This document shows, piece after piece, positions 35,735-45,765 of a stretch of 64,000 nucleotides of DNA. Each line of letters begins with the position of its first letter. Position 1 is the stretch's first letter. Both the position numbers and the translations under genes were made by a program. Location of the stretch: positions 255,858 to 319,857 of the IMG/VR virus record IMGVR_UViG_3300032245_001746, one strand, 5' to 3'. The notes under the pieces are model-generated. The model had not been told where the DNA came from, ran no database searches, and was given only the letters and a program-made list of their open reading frames with translations.

Positions 35735-35759
35735 GATGTATTTTCTTTGTTTGATTATA

Positions 35760-36332
35760 CTATAGATCAGTAAAAACTATTCCATCAGGATTAATTTTCA
35801 AGTTTGCCAGATTTGATGATGGATGTTTGAAATAAAACATTTCCCACAAATTATTGTTAAACACTAATTTCATGATTAGTTCTTTATTTTCATTATAGAA
35901 ATATTCTTGGCATGGTTTTCCTTCGTAAAAAACTTTACGATTTAAGATATTTCCGTTTTCAAAATAAATTGAGATTTCCATTATCTCAATTTCATTTCGA
36001 ATAATAAGTGTTCGATTTGATGAATCATAAGAAAAATTTCTTCCCAATAGATTCATGATTTCATCAGGATTAGTTATTTCTCTTACAATTCGAATGTGAT
36101 TAGAAAAAGAATAAGATTGATAATGTTCAGTAACTTTGGATAAGTCTTCGATTTGTAACAATTTAAATGTTGGACAAATCGAGACATAATTAAACATATC
36201 TTTTGGATTACGAAAATAAAGTAATCCATTTTTAAATCGTTCAATTTTACCTGATACTTGATATTCTTTTCCAATTGACCATTTTGATTCAAAACATTCT
36301 TCATTTACTGTTGCTAAATAACCTTTTGACAT
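35760..36332 (-). CDS. Divergent family B protein
   Basis: GY...W.IGKEY..GLLYF.NP.D..LLQIEDL..IRIVREI. Confidence 0.75.
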   Translation of the reverse strand: MSKGYLATVNEECFESKWSIGKEYQVSGKIERFKNGLLYFRNPKDMFNYVSICPTFKLLQIEDLSKVTEHYQSYSFSNHIRIVREITNPDEIMNLLGRNFSYDSSNRTLIIRNEIEIMEISIYFENGNILNRKVFYEGKPCQEYFYNENKELIMKLVFNNNLWEMFYFKHPSSNLANLKINPDGIVFTDL

Positions 36333-36361
36333 AATTTTCTCAGTTTGAAAAATTTTGTTGA

Positions 36362-36895
36362 TTACATTTTCCTATTAATGCCATTTAAAGCATCTTGCCA
36401 ATAAGAAAGTGAGGTGGTTAATCTTTTGTTTTCTGTAGAACAGATTAATTTGTTTAGAAAATCAAACAATTTTTGAGCAAGTTTTTCTTGACCAAGAATT
36501 GTAGCAGAAGCTAAAAATCTTGTAATTCTTAGTGAATTGTGATTAAATTCTGCCCATGTGTATAATTGTTTATCCAAATTTGGAAGAATTTGAATGTTGT
36601 CATTTTCAAATGAAAGACCAAGAAATTTCAAAAATCTTTTTGATGCTTTTTCGAAATTTCGAATTAATTCAAGATCTGTTCGAAATAGTTCGATAGTTTC
36701 TCGATCTAACAATGGAGCATCTTTATTAAAAGCGCTTGCTTTTTCTAAAGGAAAAATAACTTGAATGAAGTTATGGCATTCTTCGAACCAATCATCATTT
36801 TGATTCAAAACTTGATCAAAAGTTAAGTTGTAAACTTGTTCATTTTTATAAAATGAAATCAATCTTTTATTCAAGCTATTCTCCTTTTTCTTCAA
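36362..36895 (-). CDS. Opioid-growth-factor-receptor (OGFr_N)-like protein
   Basis: E.CHNFIQVIFPL...N..AP.L ... NHNSLRITR ... SLSYW. Confidence 0.8.
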   Translation of the reverse strand: MKKKENSLNKRLISFYKNEQVYNLTFDQVLNQNDDWFEECHNFIQVIFPLEKASAFNKDAPLLDRETIELFRTDLELIRNFEKASKRFLKFLGLSFENDNIQILPNLDKQLYTWAEFNHNSLRITRFLASATILGQEKLAQKLFDFLNKLICSTENKRLTTSLSYWQDALNGINRKM

Positions 36896-37131
36896 TACAT
36901 GAGTTCTTCATTTTTTTCTTCTTCTGCAAATTTAGATAAGCATCTAGGGCAATCTGCATGTGCTTTAATATGCAAAGAATCAATAATTGAACAAATTTGT
37001 TCAATTATTGATTCTTCAACGCCTTCTTTTTCCAATATTGCCCAAGCTTTTTCTGCATCGGGACTCATTACATTATCTTCTGGTGGACCAGAGCAACCGG
37101 GAGGATATGACCAGCCAAACATTCCTGACAT
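36892..37131 (-). CDS. Hypothetical protein (FGWSYPPGCSGPP)
   Basis: Coupled ORF. Confidence 0.75.
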   Translation of the reverse strand: MSGMFGWSYPPGCSGPPEDNVMSPDAEKAWAILEKEGVEESIIEQICSIIDSLHIKAHADCPRCLSKFAEEEKNEELMY

Positions 37132-37149
37132 TTTTAATATTCCTGTTTT

Positions 37150-37356
37150 TTAGTAAAGTTTTTCAATTTCTCTGTATACTCCAGTAATAATGTTATTGTT
37201 TTTCAATTTCAAACTGTCATGAACTAGATCAGCAAGTTCTTTTGTTTCAAACTTCAAAACAATTGAATGAATTGCATTGCCAGATTTATGAGTCGTTGTT
37301 ACGAAAATTTGATACATTGTTTGACTTTCTGAAAAGAGAGAATACTTGTATATCAT
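37150..37356 (-). CDS. Hypothetical protein
   Basis: ORF on coding strand. Confidence 0.65.
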   Translation of the reverse strand: MIYKYSLFSESQTMYQIFVTTTHKSGNAIHSIVLKFETKELADLVHDSLKLKNNNIITGVYREIEKLY

Positions 37357-37484
37357 TGGTAATTACTGTTGTAATGACCAACCATTCACTATAACAGCAT
37401 AGTTACTTTACAAGTGTTGATTTTCGTGTCGTTTAATTTAGACACTGCTTTCTCAACACTAATAAGTGTGTTGAGTTTTGCCTG

Positions 37485-37679
37485 TTAGTTCACATTGTTA
37501 GTAGCATGTGGCTTTGATCGCCATGAAGGAATTTTCTTCATAGCAATTCCTTCATTCATTGCTTGGCGATCAAATTCATCCAGTACAATTGTTGCATTTG
37601 CTGGAATCGTTCCATATCCGCCACCAGAAGTTCTTGCAATTGGTTTACGTCTTACTGTATTACGATTGCGAGGCATCAT
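37485..37679 (-). CDS. Basic hypothetical protein
   Basis: GGAG RBS. Confidence 0.7.
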   Translation of the reverse strand: MMPRNRNTVRRKPIARTSGGGYGTIPANATIVLDEFDRQAMNEGIAMKKIPSWRSKPHATNNVN

Positions 37680-37728
37680 TAATCTCCAAAGAATTATTGT
37701 TTAGAACCAACACTCACAGATTGTACAA

Positions 37729-38016
37729 TCAAACTTCTGGACGGATTGTTGAAAACGATACTGGTATAATTTCCTGAAAACAAAGTATCCAATTTTCACT
37801 TATAGCTTGTTCAAGCACATCATAATGAACAAGTGCTTGTTCAGCTTCCGAAACCGTATTAAAAATAAAATCAAACGCAAATTCGTAAACTTCAGGATCG
37901 GAGTTTGGAACAATCAGTCTTTTATTTTTGCTTTCATCTTCAACAAGAATTCGCCACACATAATTCTTTTCTGAACTTAATTCCATTATGTGGAATTCAT
38001 TAATTTTTTTAAGCAT
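37729..38016 (-). CDS. Hypothetical protein
   Basis: Stop in the repeat. Confidence 0.75.
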   Translation of the reverse strand: MLKKINEFHIMELSSEKNYVWRILVEDESKNKRLIVPNSDPEVYEFAFDFIFNTVSEAEQALVHYDVLEQAISENWILCFQEIIPVSFSTIRPEV

Positions 38017-38081
38017 GTTGTTTTTCTTAAAAAGTTGGAAGAAAAAAAAGACATAACACTTATGTCATCAATGATCAATTG

Positions 38082-38402
38082 TTAAGGAATGTTTTTCATA
38101 AGCTTCCAGACTTGTAATTCTACAAATCCAGATGCAATTCGTTTTTGTGTATCACGAAAAACATCAGGAAGCAAATTCAGCAATTGGAGAACCCATTCAT
38201 TTTCTGAATGAACTTTTACAATAATTTCATTCTCTTCGAGAGGAATTTCTGGCACATTAACTGTAACCTTTCCCCAAGATTCAATTAATTGATTATCTTC
38301 AACAACATAAGCGATAATACACAATCGTTTAGATTGATGATAAAGATCGGTCTTCAACTCAATTTCAACATTTTCATTAAATGCTTTAATTGTTGTTCTC
38401 AT
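38082..38402 (-). CDS. DUF4313-like phage protein
   Basis: Y...RLCI..E.WG.VTVN.P...L...N..SEN...TG..SGF pattern. Confidence 0.55.
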   Translation of the reverse strand: MRTTIKAFNENVEIELKTDLYHQSKRLCIIAYVVEDNQLIESWGKVTVNVPEIPLEENEIIVKVHSENEWVLQLLNLLPDVFRDTQKRIASGFVELQVWKLMKNIP

Positions 38403-38458
38403 TTTATGATCCAAAAAAGAAAGTTTTGTTTCAACATCAACACATTGTACAATCAAAC

Positions 38459-39103
38459 TTAAAAAGCTTGAATGTTTTCAGAGTTATTATTTCTCCAATG
38501 AGCCAAGCAAAAATGTTGTTTTAATTCTGCATTATAACCAATTACGGCACAAGGAGAATTTTCTTGAATATTGTTGGGATACAAAATCGCAACATATTCA
38601 AATGGATTATCTGTAGTGTGGAAATTAACAATTTCTCGTACAGTTTTTGGTAAAAGAACAAATGTTGTTGGAATATATTTTTCATCTTCTTCAATATGAA
38701 AGATAACTCCAGATCTGAAGTTTGAATACGTATTTTTGTAACATGGAATTTTATAAACTCCAAATTCATTAATTGAGTGTTCTGTTAGAACAAAGTGTGG
38801 ATTTACCAATGACCATTTTGGTAAACCATCATTATTCTTCATTGAGAGCAACAATTGCAAATTAATTAATTTGCCATTAAATTTTAGAACGCCACCACTA
38901 CTTGCTTTTAACAAAGCAGCATATTGCATTTCAGCAATAGTTCCAGATTCAAGTTGATCAATTAATTTTTGATTAATTGATGCTTTGGTTTCTTCTGAAA
39001 CCAAAGCATCAACAATTGGATTTTCTGAATTTTGCAGTGGATGTACAGATTTAGTATGACGCTTAAAGAGATTAAACATAAATTGCTTTACTTTCTTTAT
39101 CAA
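38459..39103 (-). CDS. Hypothetical protein
   Basis: 214-aa ORF. Confidence 0.8.
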   Translation of the reverse strand: MIKKVKQFMFNLFKRHTKSVHPLQNSENPIVDALVSEETKASINQKLIDQLESGTIAEMQYAALLKASSGGVLKFNGKLINLQLLLSMKNNDGLPKWSLVNPHFVLTEHSINEFGVYKIPCYKNTYSNFRSGVIFHIEEDEKYIPTTFVLLPKTVREIVNFHTTDNPFEYVAILYPNNIQENSPCAVIGYNAELKQHFCLAHWRNNNSENIQAF

Positions 39104-39117
39104 AATTTATTTTAAGG

Positions 39118-39429
39118 TCAGTGAGACATTTGTACAAATTTTACAACATTTTGTTGTGCAATATACAGAGAATACAAAAGTGTGAAATTGTGATCTCCAT
39201 AACGGCAACGTGCAATAATTCTGTTTTCAGGAACTGTCAAAACGGCTTCATTTAGTGCTTGTGGATGACGATATTTAACTTGTTCTACAACAGAAAGAAC
39301 AAGTTCAACTTCACCAAATCCAACTACTTCTTTTTCATTTGATGAAATGTGAAATCCAAGAATATTTCCATATCCAACAGGATTTTCCATTGAATTAACA
39401 AAGGCACATGGAATGAAATTTTCAGTCAT
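39118..39429 (-). CDS. Hypothetical protein
   Basis: Leader shared with 38082 gene. Confidence 0.75.
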   Translation of the reverse strand: MTENFIPCAFVNSMENPVGYGNILGFHISSNEKEVVGFGEVELVLSVVEQVKYRHPQALNEAVLTVPENRIIARCRYGDHNFTLLYSLYIAQQNVVKFVQMSH

Positions 39430-39486
39430 TTTGTGATCCAAAAAAGAAAGTTTTGTTTTACATCATTACATCAACACATTGTACAA

Positions 39487-39999
39487 TCAAACTTTACTTA
39501 CATATTTGCGGTCAATTTCATTATTGTTTTCATCAAATTTTTGCCAATAGCCATTCGAGTTTTCAAAATAAATTTCATTATTATTTTCATCATATTCGTA
39601 TTTCATCCAATAATTATCTGAATCTTCATAACGAATACGATTATTTCTTTCATCAAATGTTCGTTTTGCCCAATAACCAAATTCATCAGTAGTTGTTAAT
39701 TGATTATTAACAATTCCAAACAAAGAATAATATTCTTCTTTTGGTACTTCTCTTACAATTCGGATTTTATTTGTTACTGTTTTATTTCCTTCGGTGATTG
39801 ATTCACCCAAATCTTCAATTTCCAATAATCGAAAATTATGTTTAATTGGGTAATAACCAATAACATCAATTGGTTTGATGCAATAATGAAAACCATAATT
39901 GCAAGGAATTGGAGTTCCTGGTAATTCGTAAGTTTGACCAATTTCAAACTTATGATCTATACACATAAAATCGTAGGTAGCTTTAAATCCGGTTTTCAT
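39487..39999 (-). CDS. Family B protein
   Basis: Paralog motifs; stop in the repeat. Confidence 0.9.
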   Translation of the reverse strand: MKTGFKATYDFMCIDHKFEIGQTYELPGTPIPCNYGFHYCIKPIDVIGYYPIKHNFRLLEIEDLGESITEGNKTVTNKIRIVREVPKEEYYSLFGIVNNQLTTTDEFGYWAKRTFDERNNRIRYEDSDNYWMKYEYDENNNEIYFENSNGYWQKFDENNNEIDRKYVSKV

Positions 40000-40250
40000 T
40001 CTCTTTTAAGAGTTAAGTTCACAAGATAAAATCCATCTAGATTTTCATCAAAATTAGACGTATCCATTGGAATTGCATAAAATGTTGGAATATCGTTAAT
40101 AACTTCGCCAATGCAAGCGAATGCAACTTTTCCATTAAAAATGGAAGGAATTGTTGCAGAAAAACCATTTCCACCATCTTTATCAGATCTTACATACAAA
40201 TGATTTTTGTATGAAATCAATTTATTACATGGAACGTCTTTGCACAACAT
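39996..40250 (-). CDS. Hypothetical protein
   Basis: Coupled ORF. Confidence 0.7.
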   Translation of the reverse strand: MLCKDVPCNKLISYKNHLYVRSDKDGGNGFSATIPSIFNGKVAFACIGEVINDIPTFYAIPMDTSNFDENLDGFYLVNLTLKRE

Positions 40251-40453
40251 TATTGTAATTTACCTTTAAAGAATCTTGAAAAGATAATTTTGGTTACTTT
40301 TTTAGAACCAGAATTATAAGAATCACCAAAAATGGATTTTCCCCAAAATTTGTTTTCTTTAATGCTACTTGGACAGACAGTGAGCATTTCTCCATTATGC
40401 TCAACTGTATCTCCAATTACAATTTCATTAATGTTAACTTGTTTTTTAATCAT
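40250..40453 (-). CDS. Hypothetical protein
   Basis: Coupled ORF. Confidence 0.7.
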   Translation of the reverse strand: MIKKQVNINEIVIGDTVEHNGEMLTVCPSSIKENKFWGKSIFGDSYNSGSKKVTKIIFSRFFKGKLQ

Positions 40454-40474
40454 TTTTGATCTTATCAGTAATTT

Positions 40475-41071
40475 TCAATTAACCCAAATTTGGTTATTTA
40501 CTACATGAACAACACAAGGAACTTTGCCTTTTACGCCTGTTTCTGTTTCTGTAACAAATGATCTTTCGCCCACAGAAAATTTTACTTCAAAGCTTGACCA
40601 AACTCCAGGATATTTTCCGTCTGGAATAGGATTTGGATTGGTTTCTACAAATTCTCTTGTGTTTACGCATTTTTTCATTTGTTTATTTCCTTTATGGAGA
40701 TTGACAATCAAACTAAAACTTGGATAAATTTTAAGTAATCTTTCTTTCCGCCAATCAGGTTTTTCATTATACCAAATACAAATGTATTCTTTTGTAGCGT
40801 TATCAATTTCAATATTTCTGTGATACGGACGTTCAATTCCTGTATCGCCATTGCAATAATTAATAAGCTTGTACCCGCATTTTTTCAATTGATTAGCAAT
40901 TGAATCCCAGTAAATTCCATTAATTACTCGAACGGATCTGTAATCTGAATAACGGCATAATTCAAGTTCCATAATGAAATTAGGCAGTTCGGCAATTTGC
41001 CATTTTTCTTCTCGACCCCAATAAACATTACAACTTTCTAGTAGAAACGAATCACTATCAATTTTGAACAT
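40475..41071 (-). CDS. Probable fusion of two cassettes across a 1-nt-deleted repeat
   Basis: Degenerate repeat at 40700-40714; internal AAAGGA RBS + ATG at 40678. Confidence 0.6.
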   Translation of the reverse strand: MFKIDSDSFLLESCNVYWGREEKWQIAELPNFIMELELCRYSDYRSVRVINGIYWDSIANQLKKCGYKLINYCNGDTGIERPYHRNIEIDNATKEYICIWYNEKPDWRKERLLKIYPSFSLIVNLHKGNKQMKKCVNTREFVETNPNPIPDGKYPGVWSSFEVKFSVGERSFVTETETGVKGKVPCVVHVVNNQIWVN

Positions 41072-41090
41072 TTTTAATATTCCTAAAAAG

Positions 41091-41163
41091 TGGTGCGGGT
41101 GGGAATTGAACCCACGACCAATAGATTAAAAGTCTAGTGCTCTACCAACTGAGCTACCACACC
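41091..41163 (-). tRNA. tRNA-Lys(UUU), second copy, no CCA
   Basis: GGTGTGG/CCGCACC acceptor, CTTTTAA loop. Confidence 0.95.
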
Positions 41164-41169
41164 ATTTAT

Positions 41170-41421
41170 TTACTTAATATTAGCAATTGCTTTCAATTCT
41201 TTTTTCAATCGTTTAGCTGAATCACCACGAAATGATGATGCGTTACTCAAAAAATACAAAATAATAGATTTTGCACTATCCATTAGATAGTTATCATTAA
41301 TTGAATTCAGTGAAAACATTGCCGAAAGATATGGTGCGGCAGCGAAATTGACATTTTTCCATTCTTTTTGAATTTCGCGTGCAACTTCACAAATTGGACG
41401 TGTTGAAATTACTTCAGCCAT
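41170..41421 (-). CDS. Hypothetical phage protein (AREI..EW..V.FAA.PYL.AM..L)
   Basis: AAGGA RBS, MAEVI. Confidence 0.75.
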   Translation of the reverse strand: MAEVISTRPICEVAREIQKEWKNVNFAAAPYLSAMFSLNSINDNYLMDSAKSIILYFLSNASSFRGDSAKRLKKELKAIANIK

Positions 41422-41491
41422 TGCGGAAATCCTTTTTAATTTTTTTAAGTTATCACTAACTAACATTGTACAATCAAACTTAAACAAGTAA

Positions 41492-42001
41492 TTATTTATT
41501 GTTTAATACTGTTTGAATATATCTTTTTGCATCGTCATAAGACCAAGCATGAATAAGATGTTTTTCTTTTGTAACATCTTCATTTGGGAATATCTGTCTG
41601 GCATCTGGTGGATTAGATATATTTTCCCATTCAATTGAAATAACTCTTTTTCTCCATCCAATAACAAAATATCCTCTTGGTGTTTTTACTTTAATCCAAG
41701 GCGAACTTAGATAAACTGGATGGTTTGAATATTGGTTTGGCATTTCTTGAAAAGAAATGTATTCAGAAAAACATTCCAGTAAGTTTTGAATTACTTGTTT
41801 TTTCTGAATTTCTACATTTGGATCTTTTGCTTTTTCTGATCTCAATAATTCTTCTACAATTTGAGAACAATGTTGTGAAATACGATTTTGTTGTTCGTCA
41901 TTAAATTCTTCAATCCCTGCCACATCAATTTTAACAGAGATATTCATTCCCATAGTACATACTGAATGAATAGCAACATTTTTAAAATTTTTATTAAACA
42001 T
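41492..42001 (-). CDS. Hypothetical protein (GWRKRVISIEW)
   Basis: 169-aa ORF. Confidence 0.8.
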   Translation of the reverse strand: MFNKNFKNVAIHSVCTMGMNISVKIDVAGIEEFNDEQQNRISQHCSQIVEELLRSEKAKDPNVEIQKKQVIQNLLECFSEYISFQEMPNQYSNHPVYLSSPWIKVKTPRGYFVIGWRKRVISIEWENISNPPDARQIFPNEDVTKEKHLIHAWSYDDAKRYIQTVLNNK

Positions 42002-42031
42002 TTAATTTTCTTTGTTAAATTTTAGAATTGT

Positions 42032-42832
42032 TTATTGAGCTTTTGGAATTGGACCTTTTCCTTCGATCCATTGTTCTAATTCTTCGACAGTAAACCATCC
42101 GTAATTATTTTTATTTTGATTAATTGGATTTAGCCAGAATACAACATCATATTTTGATGTTTGATTTTTCTTCCATGCTGGTGATAGAGCATAGTATGGT
42201 TTAAAAAAATCAGTTTTGATATTTTCACAAATTTTCTTTTCAATACCTGTTTCTTCGGCAGTTTTAACAAGTTTAAGACAATCTTCGTCTGCTTCTTTCA
42301 TTTCTGTTGCACTTTTTTCTGGAAAAGTATCAAGAAGTGCAACGATTAATCCTGAATTGCGATAGGATCTTTTTCCTTCGGTTGAGCAATTACCTAGAAA
42401 TACAGCGACATTATTTGACTTAATTGCTTCATGAATCATGCTCAATTTATTGATGTTTTCTTGACCTTTAACAAGGATACCGAAATCTTTTTCGGACCAA
42501 GCAGATGTGATAAAATCATTATCATTATTTTTTTTAGAATAATATTTCAGTTCGCTCGGAATAGAGTCAAACAATCCTTTATCACTATAATAAATTCGGT
42601 ATCCTATCGTTAGGATAGCCATATTGTCTTTTTGTTCATAACGAAGAGAAGTTGGAACATTTCTTGCTGTTCTTGCTTCAATTCCAACAAGATTTTCGTG
42701 TTGAATTCCAAATGAATTTGTTAGAGTTTTAATGCCCCATTCATGTTCTGCACAAAAATCAGCAGCCATGAAAATTCCATAGAAAACATTATTATCATCA
42801 ACAACAAATTGTGTTTCACTACTACGTCGCAT
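42032..42832 (-). CDS. Hypothetical protein (ADFCAEHEWG)
   Basis: 266-aa ORF, AAGGA RBS. Confidence 0.85.
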   Translation of the reverse strand: MRRSSETQFVVDDNNVFYGIFMAADFCAEHEWGIKTLTNSFGIQHENLVGIEARTARNVPTSLRYEQKDNMAILTIGYRIYYSDKGLFDSIPSELKYYSKKNNDNDFITSAWSEKDFGILVKGQENINKLSMIHEAIKSNNVAVFLGNCSTEGKRSYRNSGLIVALLDTFPEKSATEMKEADEDCLKLVKTAEETGIEKKICENIKTDFFKPYYALSPAWKKNQTSKYDVVFWLNPINQNKNNYGWFTVEELEQWIEGKGPIPKAQ

Positions 42833-42884
42833 TGTATTTTTCCTTTGTTTGAACCTTATTGTACAATCAAACTACTTTTTTTCA

Positions 42885-43274
42885 TTATTCATTATCAAAA
42901 ATATTTCTTAGTGTTTCAATATCGAAAGGAACTACGCGATTTTCAACGTGAATTCCATATTCTGGACCCCAGCCCATATCTCTTTCTTCATTTGAGCACA
43001 TGATATTTGCTACTTTGATTGCATCATCTTTATTATCTGCAACAATTGGATCAAATGCACACATACTGGAATCTTCCAGAAATGTTTCCATTGAGATTGG
43101 ACTATAATTACGAATAAAGTATCTGTAAATTGCATTTAAGTTGTAATAACATTCAGATCCATTTACTGGAACAACATTTGGCTCAAATGTTAGATTTTCT
43201 GCCGCTTGAACGTTTTTAACATAGAATTTTCCATTTACACATGGAATTACAATGACCGTATTATCTTTTGACAT
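42885..43274 (-). CDS. Hypothetical protein
   Basis: AAGGA RBS. Confidence 0.75.
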   Translation of the reverse strand: MSKDNTVIVIPCVNGKFYVKNVQAAENLTFEPNVVPVNGSECYYNLNAIYRYFIRNYSPISMETFLEDSSMCAFDPIVADNKDDAIKVANIMCSNEERDMGWGPEYGIHVENRVVPFDIETLRNIFDNE

Positions 43275-43277
43275 ATT

Positions 43278-43460
43278 TTATCCTTTAGTAATCATAGAAA
43301 TGAATAATACCAACCAAAACACAAATGTTGAAATAGCAACAGCTAATGTTTCAAATATTTGTCGATTTTTGCTAATTCGAACACTTGGTATATCACAAGT
43401 GATGCAAATTGCACAAAATGAAAAGATATACATCATGATAAATATAGCGATTTCTTCCAT
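43278..43460 (-). CDS. Small two-TM protein
   Basis: Hydrophobic. Confidence 0.7.
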   Translation of the reverse strand: MEEIAIFIMMYIFSFCAICITCDIPSVRISKNRQIFETLAVAISTFVFWLVLFISMITKG

Positions 43461-43473
43461 GATTTGTTATCTT

Positions 43474-43683
43474 TTAGAATAATTCTGATTGTTTGGATGC
43501 GTGAATATGGGTTTTGATTTTTGGATTTTTTGCTGAGTTCAATATAGTTTCAGCAATATTTTTAGCATGTTCGTGATTTGTAATTCCTTGAATATCTTCA
43601 TTTAGAATGAATGTTGGAATTTGTCGAGTGATAGATCCATCTTCTGTTTCTTCGGTAACAGAAGCAGTAATTACATAAAACAT
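43474..43683 (-). CDS. Hypothetical protein
   Basis: After promoter 43733. Confidence 0.7.
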   Translation of the reverse strand: MFYVITASVTEETEDGSITRQIPTFILNEDIQGITNHEHAKNIAETILNSAKNPKIKTHIHASKQSELF

Positions 43684-43756
43684 TTTTTTTGTTTTCCGTT
43701 AAATTTTAGTTTAATTGATTCAGTTTAATACTATTGTACAATCAAACTTTGTAATA

Positions 43757-43939
43757 TTATTGGTGTGCAAGAAACCAAATAATAATTCCGAAAAAGACAA
43801 ACATTGCGATAAAATAAACAGCACAACCAGCAGCTTGCTGTGCATTAATTGGTTCTTTTTCGCATTTTTCGCACAAAATGCCTAATGGACCATAATCGTT
43901 TGTTGCGAATTTACCACATCTTGTGCATGAATTTTTCAT
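43757..43939 (-). CDS. Zinc-finger plus TM small protein
   Basis: CTRC..CEKC then TM helix. Confidence 0.75.
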   Translation of the reverse strand: MKNSCTRCGKFATNDYGPLGILCEKCEKEPINAQQAAGCAVYFIAMFVFFGIIIWFLAHQ

Positions 43940-44052
43940 AAATTATTTATTCCTTTTCATTAAAGAGGTGTCAGTCATGATCCCTGTAAATTTATCTCCA
44001 AAAGCATTACATTTTCGACAAACAAATGTAATTTGCAAACTAATTCCAACTT

Positions 44053-44484
44053 TCACCAATTTGGATTATACTCATTTTCGCCTTCTCTTTCAACTATTTT
44101 AAGGTATCCAGCTTCTTTCAATCTTTGTGCCGATTTTCTTTCTGAGATATTTAAACTTGAAATACTTATGAAACATAAATTGTATGCTAGTTGTCTAAGT
44201 AACACTTTCATATTATGAATAATATCATTTGAAGAAGCAGCAGCAAATCCTTGCCACGCTGAAACAAATGATTTCCAATCCCACGTTGCATCATCGCCTT
44301 GACGAATAATCTCCAATACTTGGTCTCTATTGACTTTTTCTACTTCATCAGTCAATAAATTTTTAAGAATCATTCCATCGGCAATTTTCAATTCATATTT
44401 TTGGTGCGTAAAATTCGTTTCAAAAACGATTGAACCAGTCATGAGACATGAAGTGGCACTATGAATTTTAATGTTACCAGTCAT
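44053..44484 (-). CDS. Hypothetical protein
   Basis: AAGGA RBS. Confidence 0.75.
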   Translation of the reverse strand: MTGNIKIHSATSCLMTGSIVFETNFTHQKYELKIADGMILKNLLTDEVEKVNRDQVLEIIRQGDDATWDWKSFVSAWQGFAAASSNDIIHNMKVLLRQLAYNLCFISISSLNISERKSAQRLKEAGYLKIVEREGENEYNPNW

Positions 44485-44596
44485 ATTTGAATCCTTTTTG
44501 GATCATTGTACAATCAAACACTGACTATTATCTTGAGAACTTTGAACTTCTCTTAATAAGAAAAAATATTCATTGTCTTTATTGGAATCTTTATTT

Positions 44597-44926
44597 TTAA
44601 GAAACTTGTTGATTCCAAATATTTTTATTTTGTTTTTCTTTTTTAATTGAATTAAATTTTCGATAGTAATTTACCACTTCATCTCCGATACATACTGGAA
44701 TTATGTAGAAAATTAAAGTGAGTAAAAAAAATATAATAGCACAAACCAAAACAACAAGTACACAAGAAGTAACTAGGTAAAATCCAATAATGGGATATTC
44801 AATTAAATCTGGAATTGAATCAAACTCTGGCATAATTGCCGAGTAATAATTCATTAACATTCCTAGCAAACCAAGAAAAACAATGAACACTGTCAGAATA
44901 ATTGCTCCAATAGACCATGATTTCAT
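44597..44926 (-). CDS. Membrane protein
   Basis: TM helices. Confidence 0.75.
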   Translation of the reverse strand: MKSWSIGAIILTVFIVFLGLLGMLMNYYSAIMPEFDSIPDLIEYPIIGFYLVTSCVLVVLVCAIIFFLLTLIFYIIPVCIGDEVVNYYRKFNSIKKEKQNKNIWNQQVS

Positions 44927-45309
44927 TTTAATTTTCCTGACAAAAGTGTTTTAATTGCTTCACCCCAAGAATGACCTTCATCTTGTAGTTGCTGAACAAC
45001 CAAAAAATGACTATCATATGTAATGATGTTATCAGATATGAGGTTTGTAAATAATCGAACCAAATTCATTTCAATGAATAATTCGTATTTATCATCCCAA
45101 CCCATATTTTGGAGTGCTTGACCAAAGATACATCCTTTGCATCCTGGTCCTGTATCTGATCCGCGATTATAATAACACCGCCCAACACCACTGGTGTTAT
45201 ACACAAAATCAGGATTTTCCGTTCCTAATTTAATTACTTCTTGCTTTAGTGCATCAAAAAACGCATCAGCATTTTCGTTGTATTTTTTATAAACATCAAT
45301 TAATTTCAT
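44923..45309 (-). CDS. Family A protein
   Basis: Paralog motif. Confidence 0.9.
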   Translation of the reverse strand: MKLIDVYKKYNENADAFFDALKQEVIKLGTENPDFVYNTSGVGRCYYNRGSDTGPGCKGCIFGQALQNMGWDDKYELFIEMNLVRLFTNLISDNIITYDSHFLVVQQLQDEGHSWGEAIKTLLSGKLK

Positions 45310-45311
45310 GA

Positions 45312-45713
45312 TTAATTGCTCCATCTATTTAGTGGTTCAATTGCTTCTTGCCATGATTTTCCATGATCTTGATTAGTTTGAACTTCGCTCAAAATATTTA
45401 AGTATATACTGTTTTCTGTTTTTGAAACACAACCTTTTACGTTAGCATCTACGTCAAGAATGTAAGCGATAGAATCGCGACTTTCTAATTCATCTGAATC
45501 ATTCCAACCCATATTTTGGAGTGCTTGACCAAAAATGCATCCTTTACTTTCTTTGCCACCTTCTGGACCTCGATTATAATAGCACTGACCAATGCTATTT
45601 GAATTGTAAATAAAATCGGGATTTTCAACAGCAAGTGTTTGAACTTTTTCTTTAATCTTTGTAAGAAAAGAAAGATCAGATTCAAATTGACTACGAATTT
45701 CAGCAAGTTTCAT
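45312..45713 (-). CDS. Family A protein (first Cys of CKGC replaced, SKGC)
   Basis: Paralog motif. Confidence 0.9.
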   Translation of the reverse strand: MKLAEIRSQFESDLSFLTKIKEKVQTLAVENPDFIYNSNSIGQCYYNRGPEGGKESKGCIFGQALQNMGWNDSDELESRDSIAYILDVDANVKGCVSKTENSIYLNILSEVQTNQDHGKSWQEAIEPLNRWSN

Positions 45714-45765
45714 ATTTGTTTTTCCTTTATTGTATCATTGTGCAATCAAACTTAGATTTCTTACT

